A stretch of 41,956 nucleotides of DNA from Catajapyx aquilonaris (taxonomy: Eukaryota), in assembly GCA_000934665.2 (NCBI GenBank), contig JYFJ02003419.1, positions 1 through 41,956 of the forward strand, in the 5' to 3' direction. Below the pieces are notes generated by a model. That model did no database searches. It was not told where the DNA came from and saw nothing but the letters and a program-made list of their open reading frames with translations. A program made the position numbers and the translations under genes. Positions 31,528-41,956 of the stretch are shown one piece after another; within the stretch, counting starts at the first letter, position 1; the number at the start of each line of letters is the position of its first letter.

Positions 31528-33097
31528 GGTTGTGCTATTGAAGTCAAATGAAAAGCCTGCTTAAGGGTTTTCCAAAAGTATGATTCCATGCCAAAATTGT
31601 ACAAATATGAGCATTTGCAAAAGAAGGCTAACAAAAATGGAAAGCTATAAATAAAATTGCTAAAGTGTGACAATCAACTTAGATGCAAGAGTCACAATAG
31701 TGTGAATTTGCATTTTTTTTTAAATTTAAAAGGGAGATTGGAAAGTGCATACTATTTTTAAAGTATTTTTTAGAAATGGCAAATGAAGCCTAATTTTTTT
31801 AGATCTATTTTGTTAACCAAAATTAACATGTCATGAAACTGTTAAGGTTACCCATTGTCATGCCTTGTGCAGAAAGTATTGTGCAATCATGGATTGTGTT
31901 AAGTGATATTTTTAGAGAGCAACATTGGAAGTGTCTAACTGCCCCCAATTGACATACTGGCTGTGTTGTTGCTTGTTAGCATTCTTTCCACAGATAAGGA
32001 CATGAGCTCAATTCTGACATGTAAGGTATGTGAAATGAATAATTTTTAAAATTATAGAATATTATTCAGCCCAAGCTTAGCATGAGAGTCTAAAGGTGTA
32101 TTCACACAATAGCTTTATTTTGCAAAGTTCTTGGAAAACTGTCAAAATATGCCAGCCTTTTTCTCGTGCATGCAGATCATGACTGTGATGGTTTAAAAAG
32201 ACAATAATGAGAAGTTTTAATTTATGGGACAGTGGCCTTTTAAAATTATTGATGTCAAATGAATTGATGTGTGACTTTCAAACTTAATTTCACAACTCAG
32301 ACTACAGACAGGTAAAAACTAATTAGTGTGGAATTTTCGTCCCACTGCTATATAGTTACTGCTAACCTTGAAGTACCAGTGTTGGCACTAGTACTGCTAA
32401 GTTAGCAGTAACTAGCAGTGGGACCCTTAGTTAAACTTCATGACATCATCAGGAACAAACAACCTCAACTAAAAATTCATGTCATACAAGTGATACAACC
32501 AAAAACCAATCTTAGAACTTCATCTTTCCAATCCGAATCAATTGGCAGTGGTATGTTTTTTGTTCAACTGTCATGCCAGTGCGTGTGCATATGGATGGAC
32601 AAATAACATGGAATTGTAGTGAAAACTGGAGGAGGCTTGTTTCACAGGCCATTACAGGAATTTGTAATATAATTGATCAGTCCCCCTAATTTATGCTTTA
32701 CAACAGGGTTCTTCAGATGATGGTCCTGCTCAGCGGCTGCCTTGACTGTATAGCCAGTAGGCCAACTAGAGGTCTCTTCTACTTACAACCCACCACAAGA
32801 TACTGCCCAACCTATGCTAGTGATTTTAGCAATTCAAGCCGCATGACTTGGCCAAAAATACTCTAAAACAGTAAACTAGTGTCTGCAAACAGTTTTCAAT
32901 ATTTTATTTGCCAACTTTGTCTGCTCACAATGAACTGACCAAGCTGTATCTCCATTCCAGACTTCTTTATCTTTCATTTTCACTGTATTTTCTTTGAGGG
33001 ATTTACAGAAAAGGAGACATTGGAAGCACAGGGGGAAAGATATGGCATGGAGTTGGTTTTCCTGCCTACGCCACTGATGCTCTACTCTTATTATTCT

Positions 33098-33242
<145 letters not shown>

Positions 33243-34108
33243 TGTGGTTTGATGGATGAAAATGAATCTCGAAATTAATATGCAAGGAGACAAGGCGATA
33301 CAAGGAATTTATCACACTAATGTAACATTGGCCTGCAATATTGCACAAGGTCCTTCGTTACTACCTGTTAATATGAGATAAAACACATAAATACAGTATA
33401 TTCCGATTGGTCCGTATAATGGCCAGTAATAAAATTCAACTTGCAGATATGGAGATCGTAATAGAGATGAATAGTTGAATATGCCGGCATTTTTATTGCC
33501 ATCTCTTGGCGCGATTCTGAAGCAACTGACTCAGGCGGACTCCGGTGAGGAAAAAGTGCGTGAGACTTGCATATATGTTGACATCAAACGTGATCATACT
33601 CCAATTTCTGCCATCATTTATCAAATACATAAATTGCAATTTAAATTTTAAAATCTATGACAAAAGAGGAAGGCAGACTAGACGAAGGTGGGAGGACTAT
33701 TTCGCTGTTATATCTGTTTCTCTCTCAAAAGATGAACTTGTCCACCCTATGTTTACCTACAGTGTTTGCTAATCATGGTGTATGACCTGCTTATTCTACC
33801 GGGCCACATAAAAGTAATTGATCAGGCTTCTAAACTCACGCAAGTGCGGATATTAATTGGCGCATTATAGCTAATATAGCAATGAATGACATTCGAATAT
33901 GAATCACTGCTAGCCTACTTTCAGCCCGTGCAGAGCTGGGAGGTGGCGCTGACTCCGCTGACTGGTGGAGTACATTCCGGCTTGTGCGCGGAACGTGACG
34001 CTGCAAAAGTGCGGCTTCGGTTGGGATTCACACAAGTGACTGGCAGTCAAGTAGGTACACACTCTGTCTTGTGTGCGTACATGTACTTAGAGTTGTTTTC
34101 TTGACCAG

Positions 34109-34147
34109 GTGCTGCAAGGAGTTGAATTCTAAGAATCAGGACCAACC
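34109..34147 (+). other. PSMA1: 5' UTR part of the PSMA1 start exon (a short upstream non-coding exon ending ~34050 is possible)
   Basis: Acceptor-like TTTTCTTGACCAG at 34108 and donor-like CAA|GTAGGT at 34051 in a CpG-richer stretch. TSS not determinable. Confidence 0.4.
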
Positions 34148-34150
34148 ATG
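34148..34150 (+). CDS. PSMA1: PSMA1 initiator ATG (only coding bases of this exon)
   Basis: CAACCATG|GTGAGT: a good Kozak-like context directly followed by a consensus donor. It supplies the Met for MFRNQYDND at 37047, which has no ATG of its own. Confidence 0.8.
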
Positions 34151-36068
34151 GTGAGTACAACTGTTACTAACCCAACAGGCGGTTCGCTTTGCATTTACAC
34201 TTTGTCATGGTGGAGTTCGTCATCGGCATGGCATCTTCAAGATGCACAGGTCTTGCACTGAGGTGGCAGTAGTACATTTTTGGCCCCGTTTTGTGGTTGA
34301 TAAGCAGGTGTGAACGACATACTTTCAGGGGACTTACCTACTCATGTGTCCCAGTCCCTTGCATGAGTCAGCCATTACACTAATGGAGCCGAGGCCTCAT
34401 TCACACAGTGCCAACTCCGCCTAGACACTCCGCCTAGACACCGGTCTCCTGCGGGAGGGAGATCCCGCTCCTTCCACCCTCGCTCATCTGCTGTCCGACT
34501 CAGCGGACCCCACTGTTATGTTGGCTCTCTTTTCTTTTTTGAAAAGAACCAACATGTATAGAGATCTATAACCGTTGCATTTTTAAAATAGACTCATAAC
34601 GTTTTGTTTCACTTGTTACACTCTATTGAAATTTTATAGTCGCAACTGGAATAAATGCTCAAGTAAAATTATAATTAATTATCTCCTTTTTTTAAAAAAT
34701 AACAAAATATATATATAAAAAAAATAAAACCTTCGGTTCAGTTAACGTTGGGGTTGGGGTGGTAGTGGCATTGCCTGCCCTCCCCTACAACGTCACAGGT
34801 GCTTGGCGCAGTATAGCCATTGCTGCTGTTGCGCCATTAAACCATCAATCAATCAATCAATCACACAGTGCCACCATGGCCGCACCATTACATATAGTTG
34901 GTCGCGCTTTTCTGGCTGCGTGAAGATTTGTTCACCACAGGTGATGCGCCATCAGCTGAACTGCAATCCCAAAATGAGGTGGAAGAAGTAGCACATGCCA
35001 TATTAATTTTTTCCCTGCAGTTGAGGCATCATTGTCCAAATCAATGTCCATGAATTCCTCATAGCACATCTTCAAATCCTTCTCAAGTAATCATCTGAGC
35101 TCATATCCCACAGGACAGGGCAGGCCTTGACTGAACTTTGGATATGAAAACTGTCCATGTCGAAATAAGCTGTTGGCAACAAAAAACTGCACTTCCATCA
35201 GAGAAATGCACTTCTGGCTGCCCAGGAAGCCGCATCTCGTGTGAAAGGCTTCATATGAAGCAATGCAAACTCGTGGTGGTGCAGCCAATCCAGCTGCACC
35301 AAAAATTGCCCAGGCCACCACCAGTATTTCTGGTAGTGACACCAAGTATAAGGCCGCTGCCACATGTGAAAGAATACACTTGCAGAAATGGAAAGACATG
35401 GTGGCCTCTTGTGGAAGAGGCCTTACTGTATCATAATCATCAATTGTGACCCAATTATCTGCATGTCATACAATACATGGACAGTGAGTTCAGTAATAAC
35501 CTAAACTAAAATAACCTAACCCGAATCTTCTGCCATGTAAAATGCTCTTTGCAGTTATTGGTGGACTTTTATTTATTACTTTTAGCCGCCAAACAGCCTA
35601 TCCCCTCAAATGTCTAAAATGGTCGCTCAGTTGTACACATCTCAATTTTGGAACTTGGGACAAGTACACCACAATTTTCACATTTACTGCACCTTCATTT
35701 TTGTTTTTACTTAAAATTGAGCTGGACTGTGCTCTGCTTTGCATGCATTTTTGAAATAAACTCGCATGTCATGGGTCACCACTGAATGATTTATTGTCAC
35801 TGAATGCTGGGCAAGGGTTGTTTATACTGTAAGTAAGAAGATAAAGATCCTGGAAAACCTGGTTGCAATGATAAACCCTCTCTCATCAGGTTGCCCTTAA
35901 GTGCATTAAAACATTAGAACTTCATGCTTAGTCATGCCAATCCACTCTTATTCTTAAGTCCATATGGGGTTCTGCTGCTAAAATGTTGGTGAAGCATGTG
36001 TATAAGCACTATCAACCACAACTGGATTCCCCCATTTGGGACTTTCCTTTGTGAGATAAACTACCTGC

Positions 36069-36327
36069 TATTGAGGGTGAAAGGTCAGAAGGGCATATGA
36101 GCCTGTAAGGGAATTTTACATGAGAGGGGAAAAACGTTTCATTATGTCAATATTCATTACAATTTTGTAACTTTTTTGTGCAGCACACATCTGCATTGAA
36201 ATGTGTGTGTGTGCTGCACAAAAAAGTTATAAAATTATAATGAATATTGAAATAATGAAATGTTTTTCCCTCTCATGTAAAATTCCCTTACAGGCTCATA
36301 CACCCTTCTGACCCGTCGCCCTCGATA
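36069..36327. mobile_element. ~260-bp palindromic MITE
   Basis: TATTGAGGGTGAAAGGTCAGAAGGG...GAGCCTGTAAGGGAATTTTACATGAGAGGG mirrors CCCTCTCATGTAAAATTCCCTTACAGGCTC...CCCTTCTGACCCGTCGCCCTCGATA. Small loop at ~36190-36205. Confidence 0.85.
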
Positions 36328-36400
36328 GGGCATAGCAAATTTAATGTTCAGGTTTTTGCATAACCCAAGGTTCTGGAATCTGGAGCTAAAATTCCTAATA

Positions 36401-36548
36401 CAAGTTGAGCATCCTTTATCTGAAATGCTTGGGATTGGAAGTGTTTTGGATTATGCATTTGTTTGGATTTTGGAGTATTGCTATATTTGCATCTATAAAA
36501 TGGGACAGCTTTGGGATGGGATAAATGCCTGAACACAATATCCATATA
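36401..36548. mobile_element. Terminal fragment of pogo/Tigger (MER46/Tigger4-like) element, truncated by a TA-CAGGGTG element starting at 36549
   Basis: TA|CAAGTTGAGCATCCTTTATCTGAAATGCTTGGGA...GAAGTGTTTTGGATT; same TIR family as 19617-20001. Confidence 0.7.
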
Positions 36549-37046
36549 CAGGGTGAAGAAATTAAGCGTACCGTTGCTTAGGGAAATGATAGTGGGGTTC
36601 CAGGCGATCGTTTTAAGTATCGGCACTCATGGGTATCAGCAGCATAGTAACCAAGATAATGTGCTTCAAACACAAGGTATAAAATATCCTGGCATGTATG
36701 CGTCCCCCCAGGTGACCTTACCATTTTCATTTAAATTTAAAGGCATGTCAACCGTTGAAGTACGGTACCTTTGCGGGAGGTCCTTCACCTGTCCATAATC
36801 GAACCTGAGTATAGCAGAAACCTGTCCATGTCAGAAAATATATAGGGTCCCATGTGATTTCGCTATACACAGGCTTCATTGCATGTATTCAGTAGCTTGG
36901 TGACACTCATAATTGAGATGTATCTGTCCCAGAAAACAACATAGGTGACCTGATTTATAATTTCCAATGCTGTTTGGAATAAAAATTGTGCTCTGAATAT
37001 TTTTAATGCACCTTGTATGACTAGTACTTTTTTATCATTATTTCAG

Positions 37047-37106
37047 TTTCGCAACCAGTATGATAATGATGTGACTGTCTGGAGCCCACAGGGACGTCTC
37101 CACCAG
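37047..37106 (+). CDS. PSMA1: Proteasome subunit alpha type-1 coding exon
   Basis: Acceptor TTATTTCAG|TTT. Encodes [20 protein letters not shown], the diagnostic PSMA1 N-terminus. Donor CAG|GTAATT; phase 0-0. Confidence 0.97.
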
Positions 37107-37248
37107 GTAATTATCATAGTGTCATTTTAATGTCTGTTGAAAAAGAATACTTGCAGGCCGATTTGGTGATTTAAGGCTGTTGTTCCCGTATTACCTCACA
37201 TAAAGCGGCATGCTGGTATAAAACGAGGTCGACCAGCATGCCAGTATT

Positions 37249-37595
37249 GGCTCATTCACACAAGCGACCCTTGGCCAGGAATTCCTGGCCAATACGGAAA
37301 CGTGACCAGCGGCTGGCCAGGAATCTAAAATAACAGTTCACACAAGCAACATTGTTGGGGGACAAGGGAGCATCGGGAGGCTCTTGGGAGGGACGCTACT
37401 GCACATGCGTTACTCCTGGCAACCATCGCTGGCCATGGGTGGCCATCTTCTGGAGCATGGCCAGCTCAGCCGGCTTTTCCTGGCTCGGGTGGCGACCTTC
37501 CCTTCCTGGCCGAACCTGGCCACTAGCGTGTGAACGGTCTTGGCGACCTTTGGCCAGGAAATGTCCTGGCCAAAGGTCACTAGTGTAAATGTGCC
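37249..37595. mobile_element. PIF/Harbinger-like MITE
   Basis: GGCTCATTCACACAAGCGACCCTTGGCCAGGA ... TCCTGGCCAAAGGTCACTAGTGTAAATGTGCC, with repeated TGGCCAGGAA motifs. Confidence 0.72.
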
Positions 37596-37642
37596 ATATA
37601 ACCCAAGGGTGGCCAGCATACCGAGGTAGATTTCCATAATTT

Positions 37643-37932
37643 AAATAATAAATAAATAATTCATCTCCCGTTATCAGCCTTTTTCGGCTCTTTAGGGGGG
37701 AAGTTTCTTTTGCCTGGAACTCTTTGCTTTCATTTTACTGCACTTTTTGGGATGGGATAGGGACGGAAGGAAGCGGCTGTGGCCTGTTAATTAGGGAAAC
37801 AACTCCGGAATTTTCCTGGAAGGACCGTGGAAAACCACAGAAAACCACGGTCAGAGTTTCCGGCCCCGGGATTTGATCCCAGGACCTCCCGATTAGCAGT
37901 CGGACACCATATCCCCTACTCCAAACTGCTTC
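37643..37932 (-). mobile_element. tRNA-derived SINE (second family)
   Basis: Minus strand has decayed A/B boxes (TTGGAGTAGGGG, GGGATCAAATCCC), core GGTTTTCTGTGGTTTTCC...CCAGGAAAATTCCGG...GGCCACAGCCGCTTCCTTCC and an AT-rich tail. 18-bp direct repeat GGTAGATTTCCATAATTT at 37625-37642 and 37933-37950. Confidence 0.85.
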
Positions 37933-38026
37933 GGTAGATTTCCATAATTTGGATACTTGTCGCATTTTTTGGAATGCTTCTGGTACCGGACTGAAATAAT
38001 CTTATGGTGAAAAAAGGGCTAGTGTA

Positions 38027-38167
38027 CTATCAGTCCACCAAGAATTGTCGTAGCGGCAGCGCAGGAACTACAGTCTACGAGCACTTCTCTATTGACTTCT
38101 ACCCCCGGAAGTGCTCGTAACTGTAGTTCGTGCGCTGCCGCTGCGACAATTCTTGGTGGACTGATAG
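38027..38167. mobile_element. 141-bp palindromic TA-flanked mini-element
   Basis: TGTA|CTATCAGTCCACCAAGAATTGTCG ... CGACAATTCTTGGTGGACTGATAG|TACA; ~60-bp stem and ~20-nt loop. Confidence 0.85.
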
Positions 38168-38477
38168 TACAGGGCTGTGAGAATATGCAAGTCTTTGCAC
38201 AGTACATAGAGTGTGACCAATCTTATTGTTAGCCTGCTCTGAGAGGGAAACCCCCTACTCCAACACAAAGGATCAAGCAAACGCCTTTAGTCATTTCCTT
38301 TTCTCAAAAGGTCACAGGTCTCACTGTTTTTTTTATACTTAAGGCACACTGCTAGGTAGCTAATAATAGCCTGATAGCGGTAATATTTATCAATGAAAAG
38401 GTTAATTTCGACAAATGGTATCTTCAAAAAGTGGGGATAGTGAAAGTAACAAGTGCTCACTGTACTTACATACAAAT

Positions 38478-39157
38478 GGGGAAGTAGCCTTGGTCTGGGA
38501 TTTGGGATTTTTGTTCATAACTAGCTAGCCCATGCACCTGTAAACATACATTCCATCACTCTGTTGCATCAAGATGACATTACTGGATAAATTACGGCAC
38601 ATTTGAAAGTGCCTTAAAATTGGCGGGAAAAACGGGGTGGCCGGGTGGGGCCAATCGAAAGGATACACTGAAATGCCTGGTTGACTGCGAGATATGAGGA
38701 ATTTGACTTTGAATTAACCACCGACACGAGGGAAAGCATTCGCAAGGTGGCTGTAGGCCATCGAGGTGGAGAAAAGGGGCCTTCATGTGCCGAATTCGGG
38801 TGACAGATAATTTCTACCAGTTGGCACCACTGCACTGTCAGCACAGAAGCAACTTGAGCGGCCTGGAATAAATACGCGCCCCGGCTGCTATCTTGCTCAC
38901 GGAATTGGACGGTTGCTAACAACAGCGAAGCATTTTACAACAATGACGGGGCGCGTTCTATAACACCATTTTTGCGTTCATTTCACTTCGCGTGACGTCA
39001 ACATTTTCTAGGGAAACAGTGACGTCACCATTTCCCTACATAAAACCCCCAATTACTCCGGAACTGAAACTGATATCTTAAAACGGAATATGCCAAAAAA
39101 ATCCAAAAAATATGGGCGAATTTATTATGTAGTTTCCAAAATGAAGGCTACTTCCCC
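38478..39157 (+). mobile_element. MITE family A (AT-flanked, ISL2EU-like)
   Basis: aAT|GGGGAAGTAGCCTT ... AAGGCTACTTCCCC|ATt; highly similar inverted copy of 12799-13462. Confidence 0.9.
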
Positions 39158-39620
39158 ATTATTGCAACACACTTATGAAAAAGAACATATGGCATACGGT
39201 GTATTAGATTCGGAAAATGTGCCTTTTCGATATCCTTTTCATGGATTTCGATTTCAGGCATATAAGTTATCAAGTTATGAAAGGCTAATGTAACTGAAAA
39301 CCTCGCCTCATACCTTCATACCTCTCTTAGACTAGCACGCTGGTATAGCCACCAGATCATGGATTTCTAAAAACTGGTCGACCTCAACTGCATGCCGCTT
39401 TATTAGAGGTAATACACCACAGGATGTACGTATTGTGATCCTGCAGGCAATGGCCTAGAAGCCTTGATCATGACACCTCCAGTGCAAGGGTTCTTAACCC
39501 AGGGCTTGTGGATATATTTTCAGACTGTGCACTGACAAATGTGTGGCCCTCACATGTTTCACCACCACAATATAATGTTGCTATTATTACTTGCCAAGTC
39601 TTACATCTCATTTCTTCTAG

Positions 39621-39908
39621 GTGGAGTATGCAATGGAGGCAGTCAAGCAGGGCTCGGCCACAGTGGGCCTAAAGAATAACACGCATGCCGTGCTAGTGGC
39701 CCTGAAGCGTGCATCTTCTGAGCTATCATCTCACCAGAAGAAGATAATGGCTATTGATGACCACCTGGGGATGTCCATTGCAGGCCTCACTGCCGATGCC
39801 CGTATGCTGAGCCGATACATGCGTACTGAGTGCCTCAACCATCGGTATGCTCATGGCTGTCCTCTGCCAACCAGCAGACTGATCGCTTCACTTGGGAACA
39901 AGATGCAG
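39621..39908 (+). CDS. PSMA1: Proteasome subunit alpha type-1 coding exon (gene continues beyond window)
   Basis: Acceptor TTTCTTCTAG|GTG. Encodes [18 protein letters not shown]...[21 protein letters not shown]...[21 protein letters not shown]...LGNKMQ. Donor CAG|GTGAGG; 288 nt. Confidence 0.97.
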
Positions 39909-40046
39909 GTGAGGACTAAGGGTGGAACACAGAAGGATCTCCTAGAAAGCTTCTTGTAAGACCATCACCAATGTAGTGCACACTTGTTCAGCATAATGAT
40001 TAGTGGTAGACTCAGAAATGGCTCAACTTGGGTGTTTTGTATTCCT

Positions 40047-40575
40047 GAATTGTGAGATCGACAAGGGGAAGAGTTTTTGAAAAATGGCTCATGACATCTT
40101 GACTCTGGATTCGGATTTGTAAAATATCACGAAGTTGTGCTATAGCAAAAGTTGTCCTCTCTTACTCCTCCAAAGCGCGATTAATTTGGGCTATTGGTTT
40201 TTGCACAGCTATTAAAACGGTTTCACCACCGCACCGGGTAAAATTGGCGGAGAACTTTCGAACGTAGAACAGTTGGTTCCCTGGCAACCTGGACAGGGAA
40301 CCGGTGTGGGCCAAATAATTTTAAATGCGCGTAGGGAACAGGGAACCAACTGTTCTATTTCGGAAGTACTCCCTCCGATTTTACGAGGTGAGGTAGTGAA
40401 ACCATTTTAATAGCTGTGCAAAAACCAATAGCCCAAATTAATCGCACTTTGGAGGAGTAAGAGAGGACAACTTTTGCCATCGCACAACTTCGAGATCTTT
40501 TCCAAATTCGAATCCGGAGTGAAGATGTGGTGAGCCTGTTTTCAAAAACTGTTCCCCTTGTAAATCTCGTAATTA
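40047..40575. mobile_element. ~530-bp foldback region (part of a larger TIR element; outer limits unclear)
   Basis: ~40047-40283 is inverted at ~40339-40575, e.g. CAAAAGTTGTCCTCTCTTACTCCTCCAAAG / CTTTGGAGGAGTAAGAGAGGACAACTTTTG. Confidence 0.78.
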
Positions 40576-41459
40576 TTATTCTAATGGATCGAAACTCTGT
40601 CGGGGGCTCAATTGGCCCTTCTTCGCCATTCTGTGAAAATTTCAGGTCCGTACTTCCAGCGAGACGCCCGCATTGGTGGTGCAAAGAGAACGCTGCACCC
40701 TTGACTCAGCCAACCTTGGCCCGTGATTCTGAAAAATCGCATAGGTATCCGGCGCCCTTAACCGCAAAAGTAATCGCGACTGTTTATGTGTGATGCCGGC
40801 GAACTTTAGGTTATCCTGGGCGCTGCCAGGTTACGGATATGTTTATTTGGCAATGTTCCTGAATCCACAACACACTGCTCACAGGTCACGGTCGCGGTCC
40901 CTAGGTCGCATGGTCTGGGTCTAGTCGTGGTCCTGACGTCACTCCCCCCTCCGGACCGGTTCTTAGCCGAGCAACATGCCGGCTCTCTGCTTGGCCCTGT
41001 GTGCCCCCTCGCTCTGCGGGCAGCCAGGACCTGTGCAATTACGTAGATCGCATGCGTCCATGCTATTAGAACCAGGTATATCGTAAGAGTCACCCATGCC
41101 TTTGGCCGTGAGCCAAAGCGAGAGTCATTTTTTCGCCAGGTGGGAAGGCAGGCTTCCAGAGCCATCTACCGAAAATCACGAAAAGTGCGTGGCACGTGTG
41201 AACAGTCACCAAATGATTCAGATTTTGCCACTCAGAATCGTGCTTGAAGATCCAGATTTTGTGGGATGTGGGAATTACCCTACTGCTTCTCTCTTATGCA
41301 GCCTGTATTTATTCTCTCCCTCAAAAATTTTATTCATTTATTTTACCCTGTGATACAACACTATATGTCGTTATAGAGGGGTGGCACTCCACCATCAGTT
41401 CTCAAACTTGTTTTTCTTCAGTCGTGCAAGATGTAGGGTATGAATAGGGATTGTTGGAG

Positions 41460-41659
41460 AGGGGACACTTGTGCAGGTGCAATGTCTTAAACGTTTGGGC
41501 CATGTGCAGTCTCCCAGGAGGTTAGGTTTCCAGACACCTCCAAGGTGCGGGTCAAAGATTCTCCCAACGCAGGTGAGAGGGAACTCCCAGGCGGGGATCG
41601 AACCTGGGACCTTTCACTCAGGAAGCCGAGACGTTACCATCTCGGCCACCACACCTCCC
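41460..41659 (-). mobile_element. tRNA-derived SINE head (third family; 3' limit uncertain)
   Basis: Minus strand GGGAGGTGTGGTGGCCGAGATGGTAACG...CCAGGTTCGATCCCCGCC: A and B boxes without a proper cloverleaf. Confidence 0.65.
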
Positions 41660-41732
41660 CTCTCCCTCAGAAATGATAAGTAGCACATTATAGAAAAGTT
41701 AAAGCGGTATTTTCAACTACTGGTGGGGGTGC

Positions 41733-41956
41733 TTAAGGAAGAAGCAGGGCATGGATCCGAAAGGCTGACGATCCGTTTCGGAGATGTCTACCTTTGACAT
41801 CGACGATGTCCATCCTTGCAAGTGTGGACCCTGTGTATCCCTGCATTGCTGGTTGCCGTATATTCAGTATTCTCTGACTTGTGACCCTCTTAACTCTTTC
41901 TATCAAAACCTTAGCATACACTTTCCCTGGTACACTTAACAAACTAATGCCACGAT
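41733..41956 (-). mobile_element. Decayed LINE reverse-transcriptase fragment (RTE-like), runs off window end
   Basis: Minus strand RGISLLSVPGKVYAKVLIERV, matching the YRGISLLS..GK...K.L motif at the start of RTE-type RT domains. Similarity is lost downstream. Confidence 0.7.

Noticed and set aside
39909..41956. Remaining PSMA1 exons (TQRY.RRPYGVGLL onward)
   Set aside because: Not found in any + frame I read; the gene continues beyond the window.

Overview
Eukaryotic (arthropod-like) genomic DNA, not prokaryotic; most ORFs in the supplied track are spurious. Two intron-containing genes lie on the + strand. (1) CSDE1/Unr, a cold-shock-domain RNA-binding protein: 8 coding exons from about 4172 to 25458, all joined by GT-AG introns with consistent phase. 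The CSD1-coding 5' end lies upstream of the window. (2) The 5' half of PSMA1 (20S proteasome alpha type-1/alpha6): an ATG-terminal exon plus two coding exons, 34148-39908, continuing beyond the window. The introns are packed with non-autonomous DNA transposons. Many are near-complete palindromes or are nested in each other, and termini/TSDs point to Tc1/mariner, pogo/Tigger, hAT, PIF/Harbinger, ISL2EU-like, Kolobok-like and MULE-like families. There are also tRNA-derived SINEs and LINE relics. I cannot support a wholly new biological system. The best leads are a phase-compatible Asp-rich candidate cassette exon in CSDE1, a candidate intron inside the last CSDE1 codon that gives the same protein spliced or retained, a 2-kb foldback element whose arms are built from an ABAB tandem repeat, and a mariner palindrome made of two 5' ends. 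All homology calls are from recalled sequences, not database searches.
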